A stretch of DNA of 64,000 bases from an uncultured Gammaproteobacteria bacterium (GCA_964648865.1 CAZYLV010000005.1:6360-70359), one strand, 5' to 3'; numbered from the stretch's first letter, positions 34,941 to 48,764 are shown. Translations and numbers: made by a program. The notes: generated by a model from the letters alone, not told the origin.

Positions 34941-35954
34941 ATGGCTGACGGGATTTCGCTCCTTCCGGAGGAGTACAAGAAAAAGGAAGAGGAGGAACGC
35001 AAGAAGCGTGCCAAGGTCAAACCGGACATGGCGTTCCACGTTCCCGGGAGGCAGAAGGCCGTACCTGCCCCTCCCGCCCCGACGCCCGCCAAGGGTCCGG
35101 GGGTCTTCGCGCGCCTGTTCCGCCGCAAGCCCAAACCGCTCATCGCCAAGCCCGTGGGCAAGCCCGTCGTCCCGGCGCCGACGCCTGCGACGACGCCTAA
35201 GGCTCCGCCCGCGACCGCGCCGCTGAGGACCTCGCCGCCGCCGAAGCCCGCGCCTCCGCCTCCGCCGCGGGTGGCCGCGCCGCCACCTCCGCCGCCTGCC
35301 CCCAAGAAGGGGAAGGTCGCCGCCGCGTTCTCGTCGGCGGCGCCCGGCGGCGATGTGTTGCGCGTCTCCCTCATCCCGGAGGAGGGCGCGGCCCAACCGG
35401 CCAAGCGCGGCGTCGGCCTTGCCGGCGTCATCATCACCGTCGTCATCTCGGTGCTCGTCGTGCTCGGCGGCTACGTCGCGGCCCGCGCCGCCGCCGGTGC
35501 GCGCGAGGCGGAGATCGCCGGCGTCGACACGCTCATCGCCCAGACCGACGCCCGCATCCGTGAGGCCGACCTCGTGCTCGGCGAGGCGCGTGACGCCGGC
35601 CGCCGCCTGACGGCGCTGGATACGCTGCTCGACCGCCATGTGCGCTGGACGGGGTTCTTCACGTGGCTGGAGCGCAACACCATCCCGACCGTGACCTTCA
35701 CGCAGCTGCGCAGCGAGTCCGTCGGCACGGTCACCCTCGACGCCCTGGCCGCCGGCTTCCCAGCCGCCGCCGAGCAGATCGTCGTCTTCCGGACCGCGCC
35801 GCAGGCCGTGACCGCGGTCGAGACCAGCGCCATCAACGCCGACATCGCGCCCAACGGCGAGGTCCGCGGCGTGCGCTTCTCCGTGACGCTCTCGCTGGCG
35901 CCGACGCTGCTCACCCCCGACGCGGCCACCGGCACGCCGCGCACCGCCCCATAG
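34941..35954 (+). CDS. pilN: PilN-like type IV pilus assembly protein with Lys/Pro-rich cytoplasmic N-terminus
   Basis: Single TM 'VGLAGVIITVVISVLVVLGGYV' followed by a coiled-coil periplasmic domain. Confidence 0.6.
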   Translation: MADGISLLPEEYKKKEEEERKKRAKVKPDMAFHVPGRQKAVPAPPAPTPAKGPGVFARLFRRKPKPLIAKPVGKPVVPAPTPATTPKAPPATAPLRTSPPPKPAPPPPPRVAAPPPPPPAPKKGKVAAAFSSAAPGGDVLRVSLIPEEGAAQPAKRGVGLAGVIITVVISVLVVLGGYVAARAAAGAREAEIAGVDTLIAQTDARIREADLVLGEARDAGRRLTALDTLLDRHVRWTGFFTWLERNTIPTVTFTQLRSESVGTVTLDALAAGFPAAAEQIVVFRTAPQAVTAVETSAINADIAPNGEVRGVRFSVTLSLAPTLLTPDAATGTPRTAP

Positions 35955-35955
35955 T

Positions 35956-36564
35956 ATGCCCGACCTCCCCGCCACCGCCGTCACGCCCCGGGCCAAGCCC
36001 GCCGTCCGCAAGCCGACCGTCGCGGACGCCATCGCCCGTAACGGGAAGGCCGTTTCCGTCGTGGTCGCTTTGGCCATCCTGGCGAGCGGCTACTTCGGGC
36101 TGATCCATCCGGTGCTCACGGCCATGGCCTCCGGCGGCCGCTACGACGTCGCGGCGGCGCGTGCCCGGCTGGCCGAGCGGGAGGCCCGGCTGGCCGAACT
36201 CGAGACCTTGCAGCGCCAGTACACGGCCATCGGCCGTCAGGATCTCGAGCGTCTCGAGCGGTTCCTGCCGGCCGAGACCGACGTGCCTGGGCTGATCACC
36301 GCGCTCGACGAGCTCAGCCGCTTGGCGGGGCTGCAGCTGCTGGCCATCGACACCCAGCCGCGCAAGGATGCCGTGGCCGGCCTGCCCTCGGTGGGCGCCA
36401 CGGACGTGGCCGTCTCCTTGGCCGGCGGCGATTATCCCAAGCTCAAGGCGATGCTGCGCAACGTCGAGACCAGCCTGCGTCTGTTGGACGTCACGGCCAT
36501 CGCCTTCCAGTCCGCTACGTCCTACACGCTCAACCTGCGGACCTACCACCTGCTGAAGCGCTGA
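35956..36564 (+). CDS. pilO: PilO-like type IV pilus assembly protein
   Basis: One TM helix, then a coiled coil 'RARLAEREARLAELETLQRQYTAI', then an alpha/beta domain. Starts 2 nt after the pilN stop. Confidence 0.6.
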   Translation: MPDLPATAVTPRAKPAVRKPTVADAIARNGKAVSVVVALAILASGYFGLIHPVLTAMASGGRYDVAAARARLAEREARLAELETLQRQYTAIGRQDLERLERFLPAETDVPGLITALDELSRLAGLQLLAIDTQPRKDAVAGLPSVGATDVAVSLAGGDYPKLKAMLRNVETSLRLLDVTAIAFQSATSYTLNLRTYHLLKR

Positions 36565-36567
36565 CCT

Positions 36568-36837
36568 ATGGCTGCCGGACAGATCTCCCGACCGACGATG
36601 ATCGTGCTCGGCCTCGGCGTGGCCGGGGTCGCCGCCTTCGCCACGTGGTGGTTCTTCCTGCGCGACGCCGGCCTGCCTGCGGACACGGCCGTGCGGCGCC
36701 CCGAGGCCATCGACGCGGCCGTGCTGCGCGACGGCCGCTACGGCGAGCTGCGCGCGCCGGCGCAGCCGCAGGAGTCGGTACGCAAGGGCCGGACCAACCC
36801 GTTCGTCCCGGCGTCCGCGCAGCCAGAGACGCCCTGA
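36568..36837 (+). CDS. small PilP-like pilus assembly protein
   Basis: 89 aa, one TM helix, C-terminal 'GRTNPFVP' resembling the PilP RDPF motif. Confidence 0.45.
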   Translation: MAAGQISRPTMIVLGLGVAGVAAFATWWFFLRDAGLPADTAVRRPEAIDAAVLRDGRYGELRAPAQPQESVRKGRTNPFVPASAQPETP

Positions 36838-36838
36838 T

Positions 36839-38605
<1,767 letters not shown>

Positions 38606-38614
38606 GCCGACCTT

Positions 38615-39013
38615 ATGGCGCAACAGAACAACAAGAAAAAGCCCAAGGTGCTGATCGTGGAGGACGATGCATTCCTGGCGGGCATCTACACGACCAAGTT
38701 CTCGCTCGAAGGGTTCGACGTGGTCTCGGCCGGCGACGGCGCGGCCGGCCTCAAGGCGGCCAGGAAGGAGCTGCCGAACATCATCCTGCTCGACGTGCTG
38801 ATGCCCAAGATGGACGGGTTCGAGGTGCTCGACGAGCTCAAGAAGGACCCCAAGACCAAGGCCATCCCGGTGGTCATCCTCACCAACTTGGGCCAAAAGG
38901 AGGACGTCCAGCGCGGCCTCAAAGGCGGCGCGGTGGACTATCTCATCAAGGCCCACTTCGTGCCTTCGGACACGGTCTCCAAAGTCCGCAAGATCCTCGC
39001 CCACGTGAGTTGA
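38615..39013 (+). CDS. stand-alone response regulator receiver domain (CheY/PilH-like)
   Basis: 'KVLIVEDD', phospho-acceptor 'LLDVLMPKMDG', 'VVILTNLG', 'DYLIK'. 132 aa. Confidence 0.85.
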   Translation: MAQQNNKKKPKVLIVEDDAFLAGIYTTKFSLEGFDVVSAGDGAAGLKAARKELPNIILLDVLMPKMDGFEVLDELKKDPKTKAIPVVILTNLGQKEDVQRGLKGGAVDYLIKAHFVPSDTVSKVRKILAHVS

Positions 39014-39020
39014 TCGGCCC

Positions 39021-40226
39021 ATGCCGCTGTACGATTACGTCGGACGCAACCGCTCCGGTCAGGAGGTCCGCGGCGTCGTGAACGCGGATACCGAGGACCT
39101 CGCCGTGTCCGCGCTCGCCGAGCGCGGCATCTTGGACGCGTCCATCACCGCGCATGTCCGTGAAGCCACGGTGGAGTCGCTCCTGGAGCGCCTGCGCCGC
39201 GTCTCGCGGCGCGACGTCGTCATCCTCTCGCGGCAGCTCTCGGTGCTCGTCTCGGCCAACGTGCCGCTGGTGCAATCCTTGCGTGCGCTGGTCGGCCAGA
39301 CGGTCAACCCGCGGCTGCGCGAGGTGGTCATCGCCGTGGCCGACGAGGTCGAGGCCGGCGCCAAGCTCTCGGACGCCATGGGCCAGCACCGCGTCTTCTC
39401 GGATTTCATGGTCAACATGATCCGCTCCGGCGAGACCTCAGGCCGCCTGGCCGAGGTGCTGGAGTACCTCGCCGACCAGGAGGAGAAGGACTACGACCTG
39501 ACGGCGAAGATCCGCGGCGCCATGATGTACCCCGGGTTCATCATCGTCGGGCTGTCCGTCGTCGGTTTCATCATGGTCACCTGGGTGCTCCCCAAACTGA
39601 CCGACGTCCTGGCCGAGACCGGCGCGGAGCTGCCGCTTTCCACGCGCATCCTCATCGCGTTGTCCTCGTTCTTCCGGTCGTACTGGTGGCTGGTGCTCCT
39701 GGCCGTGACGGCCGTGGCCGTGGGCGCGCGCATGGCGCTGCGCCAGCCGCTCGGGCGCGCGCTGTGGGACGCCTTCAAGATCCGCATGCCCGTCTTCGGC
39801 GGGCTGTTCAAGCGCATCGCCCTGGTGCGCTTCGCACGCAGCATGGAGACGTTGCTGGTCGGCGGCGTGGACGAGGTGACCGCGCTCGGGATCGCCGCCA
39901 ACGTCGTCGGCAACGCCACGTACAAGGACCTCATCTTGCGCACGCAGAAGGAGGTCGAGGACGGCAATTCCATCGTCACGGTGATGAGCGGCAATGCCGC
40001 CGTGCCGGCGATGCTCTCGCAGATGCTCGCGGTGGGGGAGGAGACCGGCCGGCTCCAGGAGGTGCTGCGGCGCCTCGGCGACTTCTACAACCGCGAGATC
40101 GAGAACCTGGTGGGCTCGCTGGTGACCCTCATCGAGCCGCTCATCATGGTGGTCATGGGCGTGGCCGTGGGCGTCATGGTGGCGGCGGTCATCCTGCCCA
40201 TGTATAACATAGCGAATTCGTTGTGA
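39021..40226 (+). CDS. pilC: type IV pilus platform protein PilC (GspF family)
   Basis: Two GspF repeats, three TM helices, 401 aa. Confidence 0.9.
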   Translation: MPLYDYVGRNRSGQEVRGVVNADTEDLAVSALAERGILDASITAHVREATVESLLERLRRVSRRDVVILSRQLSVLVSANVPLVQSLRALVGQTVNPRLREVVIAVADEVEAGAKLSDAMGQHRVFSDFMVNMIRSGETSGRLAEVLEYLADQEEKDYDLTAKIRGAMMYPGFIIVGLSVVGFIMVTWVLPKLTDVLAETGAELPLSTRILIALSSFFRSYWWLVLLAVTAVAVGARMALRQPLGRALWDAFKIRMPVFGGLFKRIALVRFARSMETLLVGGVDEVTALGIAANVVGNATYKDLILRTQKEVEDGNSIVTVMSGNAAVPAMLSQMLAVGEETGRLQEVLRRLGDFYNREIENLVGSLVTLIEPLIMVVMGVAVGVMVAAVILPMYNIANSL

Positions 40227-40232
40227 TATACT
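40224..40232 (+). promoter_or_regulatory. extended -10 TGaTATACT in AT-rich region upstream of the major pilin gene
   Basis: AT-rich stretch CATGTATAACATAGCGAATTCGTTGTGATATACT. SD GGAGG lies 5 nt before ATG 40270. Confidence 0.55.
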
Positions 40233-40269
40233 GAGGGAGATCTCTTATCCACATACCAACGGAGGACGT

Positions 40270-40734
40270 ATGACCCACGCACGCAAAGGGTTCACGCTCA
40301 TCGAGCTCCTGGTGGTCGTCGCCATCATCGGGCTGCTCTCGACGCTCGCCGTGGTGGCGCTCAACAGCGCCCGTGAGAAGTCGCGCGACGCCAAGCGCAT
40401 CTCGGACATCAAGCAGGTCCAGACGGCGCTCGAGCTGTACTACTCGGACAGCCAGTCGTACCCGGATCCGGCCGGCCTGGACGACATCGGCACCGAGCTG
40501 ACCCGGCTGGACGGCGACGGCTTCGCGGCCGGGGATACCGACCCGGTCTACATGGGGCTCATGCCGCGCGATCCGCAGAACACCGGGAACTTCATGTACA
40601 AGTACGCCCGGACGTCGGCCACGGAGTACTCCATCACCTTCGACCTGGAGGGGCCGACCGGCCAGTACCGCGACACCAACGCCGACGACCGCATCGCCTG
40701 CACGGCCACGCAGGACGGCATCGGGTGTCTGTAG
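40270..40734 (+). CDS. pilA: type IV pilin (prepilin N-terminal methylation/cleavage motif)
   Basis: 'MTHARKGFTLIELLVVVAIIGLLSTLAVVAL' class III signal. C-terminal Cys pair 'CTATQDGIGC'. Confidence 0.9.
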   Translation: MTHARKGFTLIELLVVVAIIGLLSTLAVVALNSAREKSRDAKRISDIKQVQTALELYYSDSQSYPDPAGLDDIGTELTRLDGDGFAAGDTDPVYMGLMPRDPQNTGNFMYKYARTSATEYSITFDLEGPTGQYRDTNADDRIACTATQDGIGCL

Positions 40735-40743
40735 AGCGACACG

Positions 40744-40770
40744 CCCCGTCATGCGACGGGGCTTTCGCTT
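40744..40770 (+). terminator. hairpin CCCCGTC-ATGC-GACGGGG + CTTTCGCTT (partial terminator/attenuator between the two pilin genes)
   Basis: Same stem sequence as the terminator at 13208. Confidence 0.55.
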
Positions 40771-41241
40771 ATGAAGGAACGACGCGGATTCACGCTCATC
40801 GAGCTCCTGGTGGTCGTCGCCATCATCGGGCTGCTCTCGACCATGGCGGTCGTGGCGCTCAACGACGCCCGCATCAAGGCGCGCGACGCCAAGCGGCTCG
40901 GTGACGTCAAGCAGCTGACCAACGCCCTGGAGCTGTTCTACGCCGGGCAGAACGCCTATCCGGCCCAGGACGTCGTGCTGGGCGACGCCGGCGCGCGCGT
41001 GCTTGACGCCACCGGGTTCCAGGACGCGCCCACGGCAGGGGAGCAGGTCTTCCTCGGCGTCGTGCCGCGCGATCCACAGCACATCGCCCCGGACCGCGTG
41101 TACCGTTACTCGTGCGGCGCGCCGTGCGGCTCCTACGCCATCACCTTCCGCCTGGAGCGGCCGGTGGGGGACCACCGTGACGGCAACGGCGACCTGGCCA
41201 TCGTCTGCGTCGCCTCGCCCGACGGCACGACCTGTAACTAG
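40771..41241 (+). CDS. type IV pilin, second copy
   Basis: 'MKERRGFTLIELLVVVAIIGLLSTMAVVAL'. C-terminal Cys 'CGAPCGS..CVASPDGTTC'. Confidence 0.9.
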   Translation: MKERRGFTLIELLVVVAIIGLLSTMAVVALNDARIKARDAKRLGDVKQLTNALELFYAGQNAYPAQDVVLGDAGARVLDATGFQDAPTAGEQVFLGVVPRDPQHIAPDRVYRYSCGAPCGSYAITFRLERPVGDHRDGNGDLAIVCVASPDGTTCN

Positions 41242-41242
41242 C

Positions 41243-41275
41243 GTCATTTCGAGGAGCGAAGCGACGAGAAACCCC
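41243..41275 (+). repeat. pilin 3'-flank motif copy 1 (GTCATTTCGAGGAGCGAAGCGACGAGAAACC)
   Basis: Near-identical to 42742..42777. Confidence 0.5.
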
Positions 41276-41299
41276 AAAGGTAATCGCCTTTGGGGTTTC
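41268..41299 (+). terminator. 13-bp hairpin terminator GAAACCCCAAAGG-TAATCG-CCTTTGGGGTTTC
   Basis: Perfect long stem after the second pilin gene. Confidence 0.7.
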
Positions 41300-41332
41300 T
41301 CACTGCCGTTCGAAAAGACTGCAAGAAAGCGC

Positions 41333-41338
41333 TATACT
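41333..41338 (+). promoter_or_regulatory. -10 box TATACT, 7 nt before pilD ATG (leaderless)
   Basis: Spacing consistent with a TSS at the start codon. Confidence 0.45.
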
Positions 41339-41345
41339 TCCTGAC

Positions 41346-42137
41346 ATGATCCTCGTGTTTTCCGCGCTCCTCGGATTGGCCTTCGGGAGCGCCATGACGG
41401 CGTTCATCTCGCGGCTGGCGACCGGCGGACGCTGGTGGCGCGGCCGTTCGCATTGTCCGCGATGCAAGCATCCGCTGGCGCCGCTGGACCTGATCCCGGT
41501 GGTCTCGTACCTGCTGCTGCGCGGCCGCTGCCGCTCCTGCCGCGGCCCCATCGGCCTGAGCTATCCGCTCATCGAGCTGGCCACCGCGGGGCTCTTCGTG
41601 CTCGCGGCCTGGGTGCGGCTCGGTCCGGCGGCGGCCGCCTGGGACGCTGCGGCCTTCCTCGCGCCCGGCTGGAAGATGCTGCTGCGCGATTGGCTGGCCA
41701 TCCTGGTGCTCGAGCAGATCTTCCTCTACGACCTGTGGTTCGGCTACATCCTCGACCAGGTCTCGTTGCCGGCCATCGGCGCGTTCCTGGCGATCAACCT
41801 GGCGCTGGGCGTCCCGGCGTCGTCCATGGCCGTCGGTTTCCTCGTCGGCAGCGGGTTCTTCCTCGCGCAGTACGTGGTCTCGGCCGGGAAGTGGATCGGC
41901 GGCGGCGACATCCGGCTCGGGGCGCTGATGGGCGTGCTCCTCGGCTGGCCGCTCCTGGGCGTGGCGCTGTTCCTCGCCTACCTTGCCGGCGGCGTGGTCG
42001 GCGGCGCGCTCCTGGCCACCGGCCGCAAGGCCGTCGGCAGCCAGATCGCCTTCGGGACCTTCCTGTCCGCGGCGACGCTGGTCGCGCTGTTCTGGGGCCA
42101 GGCGGTGTTGGAGTGGTATTTCCAGGGGTTGCTATGA
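41346..42137 (+). CDS. pilD: prepilin peptidase PilD (A24 family)
   Basis: 'RSHCPRCKHPLAPLDLIPVVSYLLLRGRCRSCRGPI' zinc-binding CxxC pairs. About 8 TM helices. Confidence 0.85.
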   Translation: MILVFSALLGLAFGSAMTAFISRLATGGRWWRGRSHCPRCKHPLAPLDLIPVVSYLLLRGRCRSCRGPIGLSYPLIELATAGLFVLAAWVRLGPAAAAWDAAAFLAPGWKMLLRDWLAILVLEQIFLYDLWFGYILDQVSLPAIGAFLAINLALGVPASSMAVGFLVGSGFFLAQYVVSAGKWIGGGDIRLGALMGVLLGWPLLGVALFLAYLAGGVVGGALLATGRKAVGSQIAFGTFLSAATLVALFWGQAVLEWYFQGLL

Positions 42138-42724
42138 GGCGCGGCGCGCGCGGCTTCACCTTGGCCGAACTGCTGGTCTCGATGAGCATCTTCGCGGTGC
42201 TCACCGCGGTCGTCATGGTGAACTTCCGCGTCGGCGAGCGGGGGGACGAGCTGCGCCTCGGCGCGGCGCGCCTCGCGGCGCTCATCCGTGACGCCGAGGC
42301 GCGGGCCTCCTCAGGCGTCACGGCCTGCGTCTGCCTCACGGGCGGCCCCGGCGGCCCGCTGTGCGGCGCCGGGCGCAGCTGCAGCGGCGGCGGCACGGCC
42401 ACGGACGTCGTGCCCGACGGCGGCTATGGCGTGCACATCGGCCTGGGCGACCCCGAGGCCGTGCTCTTCGCCGACCTCGACGCCAGCCGCACCTACACCG
42501 TCGGGGAGGAGCTCGAGCGCGAGCGGCTCTCGCCGTCGGCCGGCGTCCGTGCGCAGGCCTCGGGCGGCGACGTGGTCTTCGTGCCGCCGCGACCGGAAGT
42601 GTGGATCAACGGCACGCAGGCGCCGACGGAGTTCTCGGTGACGCTGGAGCAGCTGCTCTCCGGCGCGCGCCGCGCGCTGCGCTATAACCGCATCAGCCGG
42701 CGCATCGAACAGGAGGCGCTATGA
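42134..42724 (+). CDS. pseudopilin/minor pilin
   Basis: 'MRRGARGFTLAELLVSMSIFAVLTAVVMV' prepilin signal. ATGA overlap with the pilD stop. Confidence 0.75.
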   Translation: MRRGARGFTLAELLVSMSIFAVLTAVVMVNFRVGERGDELRLGAARLAALIRDAEARASSGVTACVCLTGGPGGPLCGAGRSCSGGGTATDVVPDGGYGVHIGLGDPEAVLFADLDASRTYTVGEELERERLSPSAGVRAQASGGDVVFVPPRPEVWINGTQAPTEFSVTLEQLLSGARRALRYNRISRRIEQEAL

Positions 42725-43422
42725 CGGGCTTTTCGCAGCACTGTCATTCCGAGGGAGCGAAGCGACCGAAGAATCCCGCGGGCCATCGCTGGGGTGTCAT
42801 CCGAGCATTCGCTGGCAGGATCCTTCGCTGCGCTCAGGATGACAGTTCCGGTCAAGGGATGCTGGAGATGATCATCGCGTTGGGCATCGTCGTGTCCGGC
42901 CTCACCGGCGCGCTGGCGCTCGTCACCGGCTCGCTCAACGCCTCCAACGAGAGCCAGACGCGCGTGGTCGCCACCGGCCTGGCGCGGGAGTCGCTCGAGG
43001 TCGCCCGCAACCTGCGGGACGGTTCCTGGCGCGCGGGTCGGGCCTGGAACGAGCGCTTGGGCGCGGGCAGCGACCGCACCGGGATCCTCGTCGAGGACGG
43101 CGGCTGGTCGTTCGACGCGGCTCCGGACGCCATCGACGAGGACGCCGCCGCGGTCTTCGAGGATCCGGACGGGTTCTACCGCCAGTACGGCGCGGGCGGC
43201 GCTCCGGTCGGGGCACGGACCACGCCCTACCGCCGGCTGGTGCGCCTCTGGCCGATCTGCATGGTCGAGGGCGACGCCGCGACCGTCGCCGCGGTCGAGG
43301 CCGAAAGCTGCCCGCCCGGGCAGGTCGAGGTGGGCACCGACGCGCGCGCCGAGGTGACCTGGACCGTCTCCGGCCGGGACCATGCTTTGGAACTGGAACA
43401 ACAGCTGTATGACTGGCGCTGA
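42721..43422 (+). CDS. pilus-associated membrane protein (pilin-like hydrophobic N-terminal segment after a 46-aa basic leader); alternative start ATG 42859
   Basis: ATGA overlap with the upstream stop favours 42721. The first 46 codons coincide with repeat motif copy 2 and a hairpin, so 42859 ('MLEMIIALGIVVSGLTG') is a plausible alternative. Confidence 0.45.
   Translation: MTGFSQHCHSEGAKRPKNPAGHRWGVIRAFAGRILRCAQDDSSGQGMLEMIIALGIVVSGLTGALALVTGSLNASNESQTRVVATGLARESLEVARNLRDGSWRAGRAWNERLGAGSDRTGILVEDGGWSFDAAPDAIDEDAAAVFEDPDGFYRQYGAGGAPVGARTTPYRRLVRLWPICMVEGDAATVAAVEAESCPPGQVEVGTDARAEVTWTVSGRDHALELEQQLYDWR
42742..42777 (+). repeat. pilin 3'-flank motif copy 2 (GTCATTCCGAGGGAGCGAAGCGACCGAAGAATCC)
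   Basis: Near-identical to 41243..41275. Followed by hairpin TGTCATCC..GGATGACA (42793-42846). Confidence 0.5.
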
Positions 43423-43990
43423 GCGCGAGCGGGGATTCACGTTGATGGAGCTGGTGGTGGTCGTGGCCGTCTTCGCCACGGCCATGGTGGCGATCACCGA
43501 CATGTTCCTCATCGCCAGCCGCGCCCAGCGCAAGATCCTGGGGCGCGAGGAACTGGCCTCGCTGGCCCGCGCCTCCCTCGACCAGATGACACGCTCCCTG
43601 CGGCAGGGGAGCATCGACTACGCGCGCTACGAGCCCGCCGAAGGCGGCCCGCTGGAGACGCCGGACGACCGGCTCCTCCTGCGCGCCGAGGACGGTACCA
43701 CACGCTCGTACCGGCTGAGCACGGACGCCTGCCCGCCGGACTCGAGCCCCTGCCTGCTCGTGGAGGAGGACGGCGTCGTCGCGGTGCTGACTCCGCCCGG
43801 CGCCACGGTCGAGCGCTTCCAGGTGGTCATCACGCCTGCCGCGGACCCGGACGTGCCGGCGGGCGGTCCCTATGCCTCGGACGAGCAGCCGATGGCCTGG
43901 ATCCATCTGGCCTTGCGCTCCGGCAGCGGCGCGACCGGCGCCTCCGTCCGCGTGCAGAGCGCGGTCACCACGAGACGGTATGTGCGGTGA
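43409..43990 (+). CDS. pseudopilin/minor pilin
   Basis: 'MTGAERERGFTLMELVVVVAVFATAMVAI' prepilin signal. Confidence 0.75.
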   Translation: MTGAERERGFTLMELVVVVAVFATAMVAITDMFLIASRAQRKILGREELASLARASLDQMTRSLRQGSIDYARYEPAEGGPLETPDDRLLLRAEDGTTRSYRLSTDACPPDSSPCLLVEEDGVVAVLTPPGATVERFQVVITPAADPDVPAGGPYASDEQPMAWIHLALRSGSGATGASVRVQSAVTTRRYVR

Positions 43991-43991
43991 C

Positions 43992-46935
<2,944 letters not shown>

Positions 46936-46950
46936 CCCGGGTCGAGACCC

Positions 46951-46959
46951 TGATAGTAT
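46951..46959 (+). promoter_or_regulatory. extended -10 TGaTAGTAT, 2-8 nt before candidate start codons (leaderless)
   Basis: ATGs at 46962 and 46968 are both in frame. Confidence 0.45.
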
Positions 46960-46961
46960 GG

Positions 46962-47228
46962 ATGCGTATGGGAGCGGATGAGGAAAAAATGGACAGACTG
47001 ATCTCGACGGTCGACAAGATCGCTGTCACGGTCGTGGACCTGAGCGATCGCATGGGCGGTGTGGAGCGGCGCCTGTCGAAGGTCGAGGATATCGTCAGCA
47101 AGGGCTACAGCAGGATCGACGATTTCTTGGTGCTCTTCAACAGGCACGATGCCGAGATCGCCGCCCTACGGGATGCGTACCGTCGACTCGAAGAACGGGT
47201 CGAGACGCTCGAGGGACAACGCGCATAA
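46962..47228 (+). CDS. small coiled-coil protein, hypothetical
   Basis: 88 aa. 'DRLISTVDKIAVTVVDLSDRMGGVERRLSKVEDIV'. Terminator follows. Confidence 0.4.
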   Translation: MRMGADEEKMDRLISTVDKIAVTVVDLSDRMGGVERRLSKVEDIVSKGYSRIDDFLVLFNRHDAEIAALRDAYRRLEERVETLEGQRA

Positions 47229-47257
47229 AAAAGACGCCTCGTCACCTGACGGGGCGT
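47224..47257 (-). terminator. bidirectional terminator (GACGCCTCGTCA-CC-TGACGGGGCGTC flanked by A6/T-run)
   Basis: 12-bp stem with one G-T wobble. Serves mtlD on the minus strand and the small gene on the plus strand. Confidence 0.8.
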
Positions 47258-47264
47258 CGACCGT

Positions 47265-48401
47265 TCAGAGCGAGGCGTAGAGGCCGGCGGCCTGGACCAG
47301 CTCGCCGAGCACGTGGTCGTGCTCGATGCCGGCGAAGGCGTTGAGCGCGCCCTTCCAGCCCTGCCCGCGCAACACGATGTTGACCTCCCCGGCGCTCGGA
47401 TCCTGCGGGGCGTCGAAGGCCAGCGCGGCGGCGATGCCGGTGGCCAGGTGCGCGGGCGTGATGCCGTCGGCGATGGCGCCCAACGCCGGACGCACCAGGC
47501 GGTCCTGCGCCCCGAGCTTGCGCTTGGGGTCGCGGCCGACGCGCAGCACGGTGTCTGCGAGCGCCGGATTGGCCAGGCGCTGGAGCGTCTTGGCGACGTA
47601 CGTCCGCTGCGCCTCCGCGTCCACTCCGTAGCCGGCCACGAGCGCACGGCTGGCTTCCCGCAGTGCGCCGTCGAGCAGCGCCAGGATCGTCTCATCACGC
47701 AGCGCCTCATGGATGTAGGCGTGCCCGCGCTTGTGCCCGTAGTAGGCGGCGATGGCGTGGGCCATGTTGACCGTGAACAGCTTCTGCGTGAGCGTCCGGT
47801 CGAGGTCGTCGGTGTACTCCAGGCCCGCGACGGTCGGCGGTCGGGGATGCGAGGAACGCAGCGCCCCGGCGTCGACCGTCCACTGGCAGTACTCCTCGAC
47901 GGCCACGAGAAGAGGATGCTCGCCCGAGCGGGGCGTCCGGTTGGGGACGATGCGGTCGACCATGCAGTCCGGGAAGACGGCCGCCAGGTCCGCGCCGTCT
48001 CCGGCGACGAGCCCGCGCAGGTACGTCGAGTTTCCGAGCATGTTCTCGCAGGCGATGACGACCACCGGCACGGGGTCGCTGCGCCGCGCGATGCCCGCGC
48101 GCAGGACGCCGGAGACGGCCGGCAGGGCGTTCTTGCCCACGGCCGTCACGACGATCCGCGCCTCGGCGACGGCTGCCGCCGCCTGCGGGTCCGCAGCCTC
48201 GAGCGCCGTGACGTCCCGCACCCACCGCTCCGCGAGCGACCCGGTGCCCATGATGCGCACCGGATAGCATCCGAGCTCCTGGATCCTACGGACCGTCTCC
48301 GCGTTGACGTCGACGAACGTCACGCGGTAGCCGGACTCGGCCAAGAGCATGCCGATGAAGCCCCGGCCGATGTTGCCGGCCCCGAAAACCACTGCCTTCA
48401 T
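47265..48401 (-). CDS. mtlD: mannitol-1-phosphate 5-dehydrogenase
   Basis: 'MKAVVFGAGNIGRGFIGMLLAESG' is almost identical to the MtlD N-terminal NAD-binding motif. 378 aa. Confidence 0.8.
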   Translation of the reverse strand: MKAVVFGAGNIGRGFIGMLLAESGYRVTFVDVNAETVRRIQELGCYPVRIMGTGSLAERWVRDVTALEAADPQAAAAVAEARIVVTAVGKNALPAVSGVLRAGIARRSDPVPVVVIACENMLGNSTYLRGLVAGDGADLAAVFPDCMVDRIVPNRTPRSGEHPLLVAVEEYCQWTVDAGALRSSHPRPPTVAGLEYTDDLDRTLTQKLFTVNMAHAIAAYYGHKRGHAYIHEALRDETILALLDGALREASRALVAGYGVDAEAQRTYVAKTLQRLANPALADTVLRVGRDPKRKLGAQDRLVRPALGAIADGITPAHLATGIAAALAFDAPQDPSAGEVNIVLRGQGWKGALNAFAGIEHDHVLGELVQAAGLYASL

Positions 48402-48444
48402 GCGTCCTCCTGGGTCAAAGAACCCTGCCTGAACCTTACGGACG

Positions 48445-48453
48445 TGCTATACT
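48445..48453 (+). promoter_or_regulatory. extended -10 TGcTATACT, 7 nt before gatC ATG (leaderless)
   Basis: Spacing implies a TSS at the start codon. Confidence 0.5.
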
Positions 48454-48460
48454 TTTGTCC

Positions 48461-48763
48461 ATGAAACTGACCGCAGAAGAACTGGATCGTCTGGCGGATT
48501 TGGCGCGGCTCAGGCTTGCCGCCGAGGAGCGGGGCACGTATCTCGAGCAGCTCGGTGCCATCATCGGTTACGTCGAGTCCTTGCAGCGCGTCGACGTGAC
48601 CGGGGTCGACCCGACCTTCCGCGGGACCGACCTCGGACAGCGGTTGCGCCCGGACGCCGCGGAGGAATGCGACGCGGAGATGCGGCGCGTGCTCTTGGCA
48701 TCCGCGCCGGAGCGGCTCGGGGAGTACGTCAAGGCGCAAGCCGCGCTCAAACGGAAGGGCTGA
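48461..48763 (+). CDS. gatC: Asp/Glu-tRNA(Asn/Gln) amidotransferase subunit C
   Basis: 'LADLARLRL..EE..YLEQLGAIIGYVESLQRVDVTGVDPT' GatC pattern. 100 aa. Confidence 0.8.
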   Translation: MKLTAEELDRLADLARLRLAAEERGTYLEQLGAIIGYVESLQRVDVTGVDPTFRGTDLGQRLRPDAAEECDAEMRRVLLASAPERLGEYVKAQAALKRKG

Positions 48764-48764
48764 T

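Noticed and set aside
42721-42858. Treating the 46-codon basic N-terminus of the pilus gene as certainly non-coding
   Set aside because: ATGA start/stop coupling with the upstream gene mirrors the pilD/minor-pilin junction, so the longer form may be real. Both starts are reported instead.
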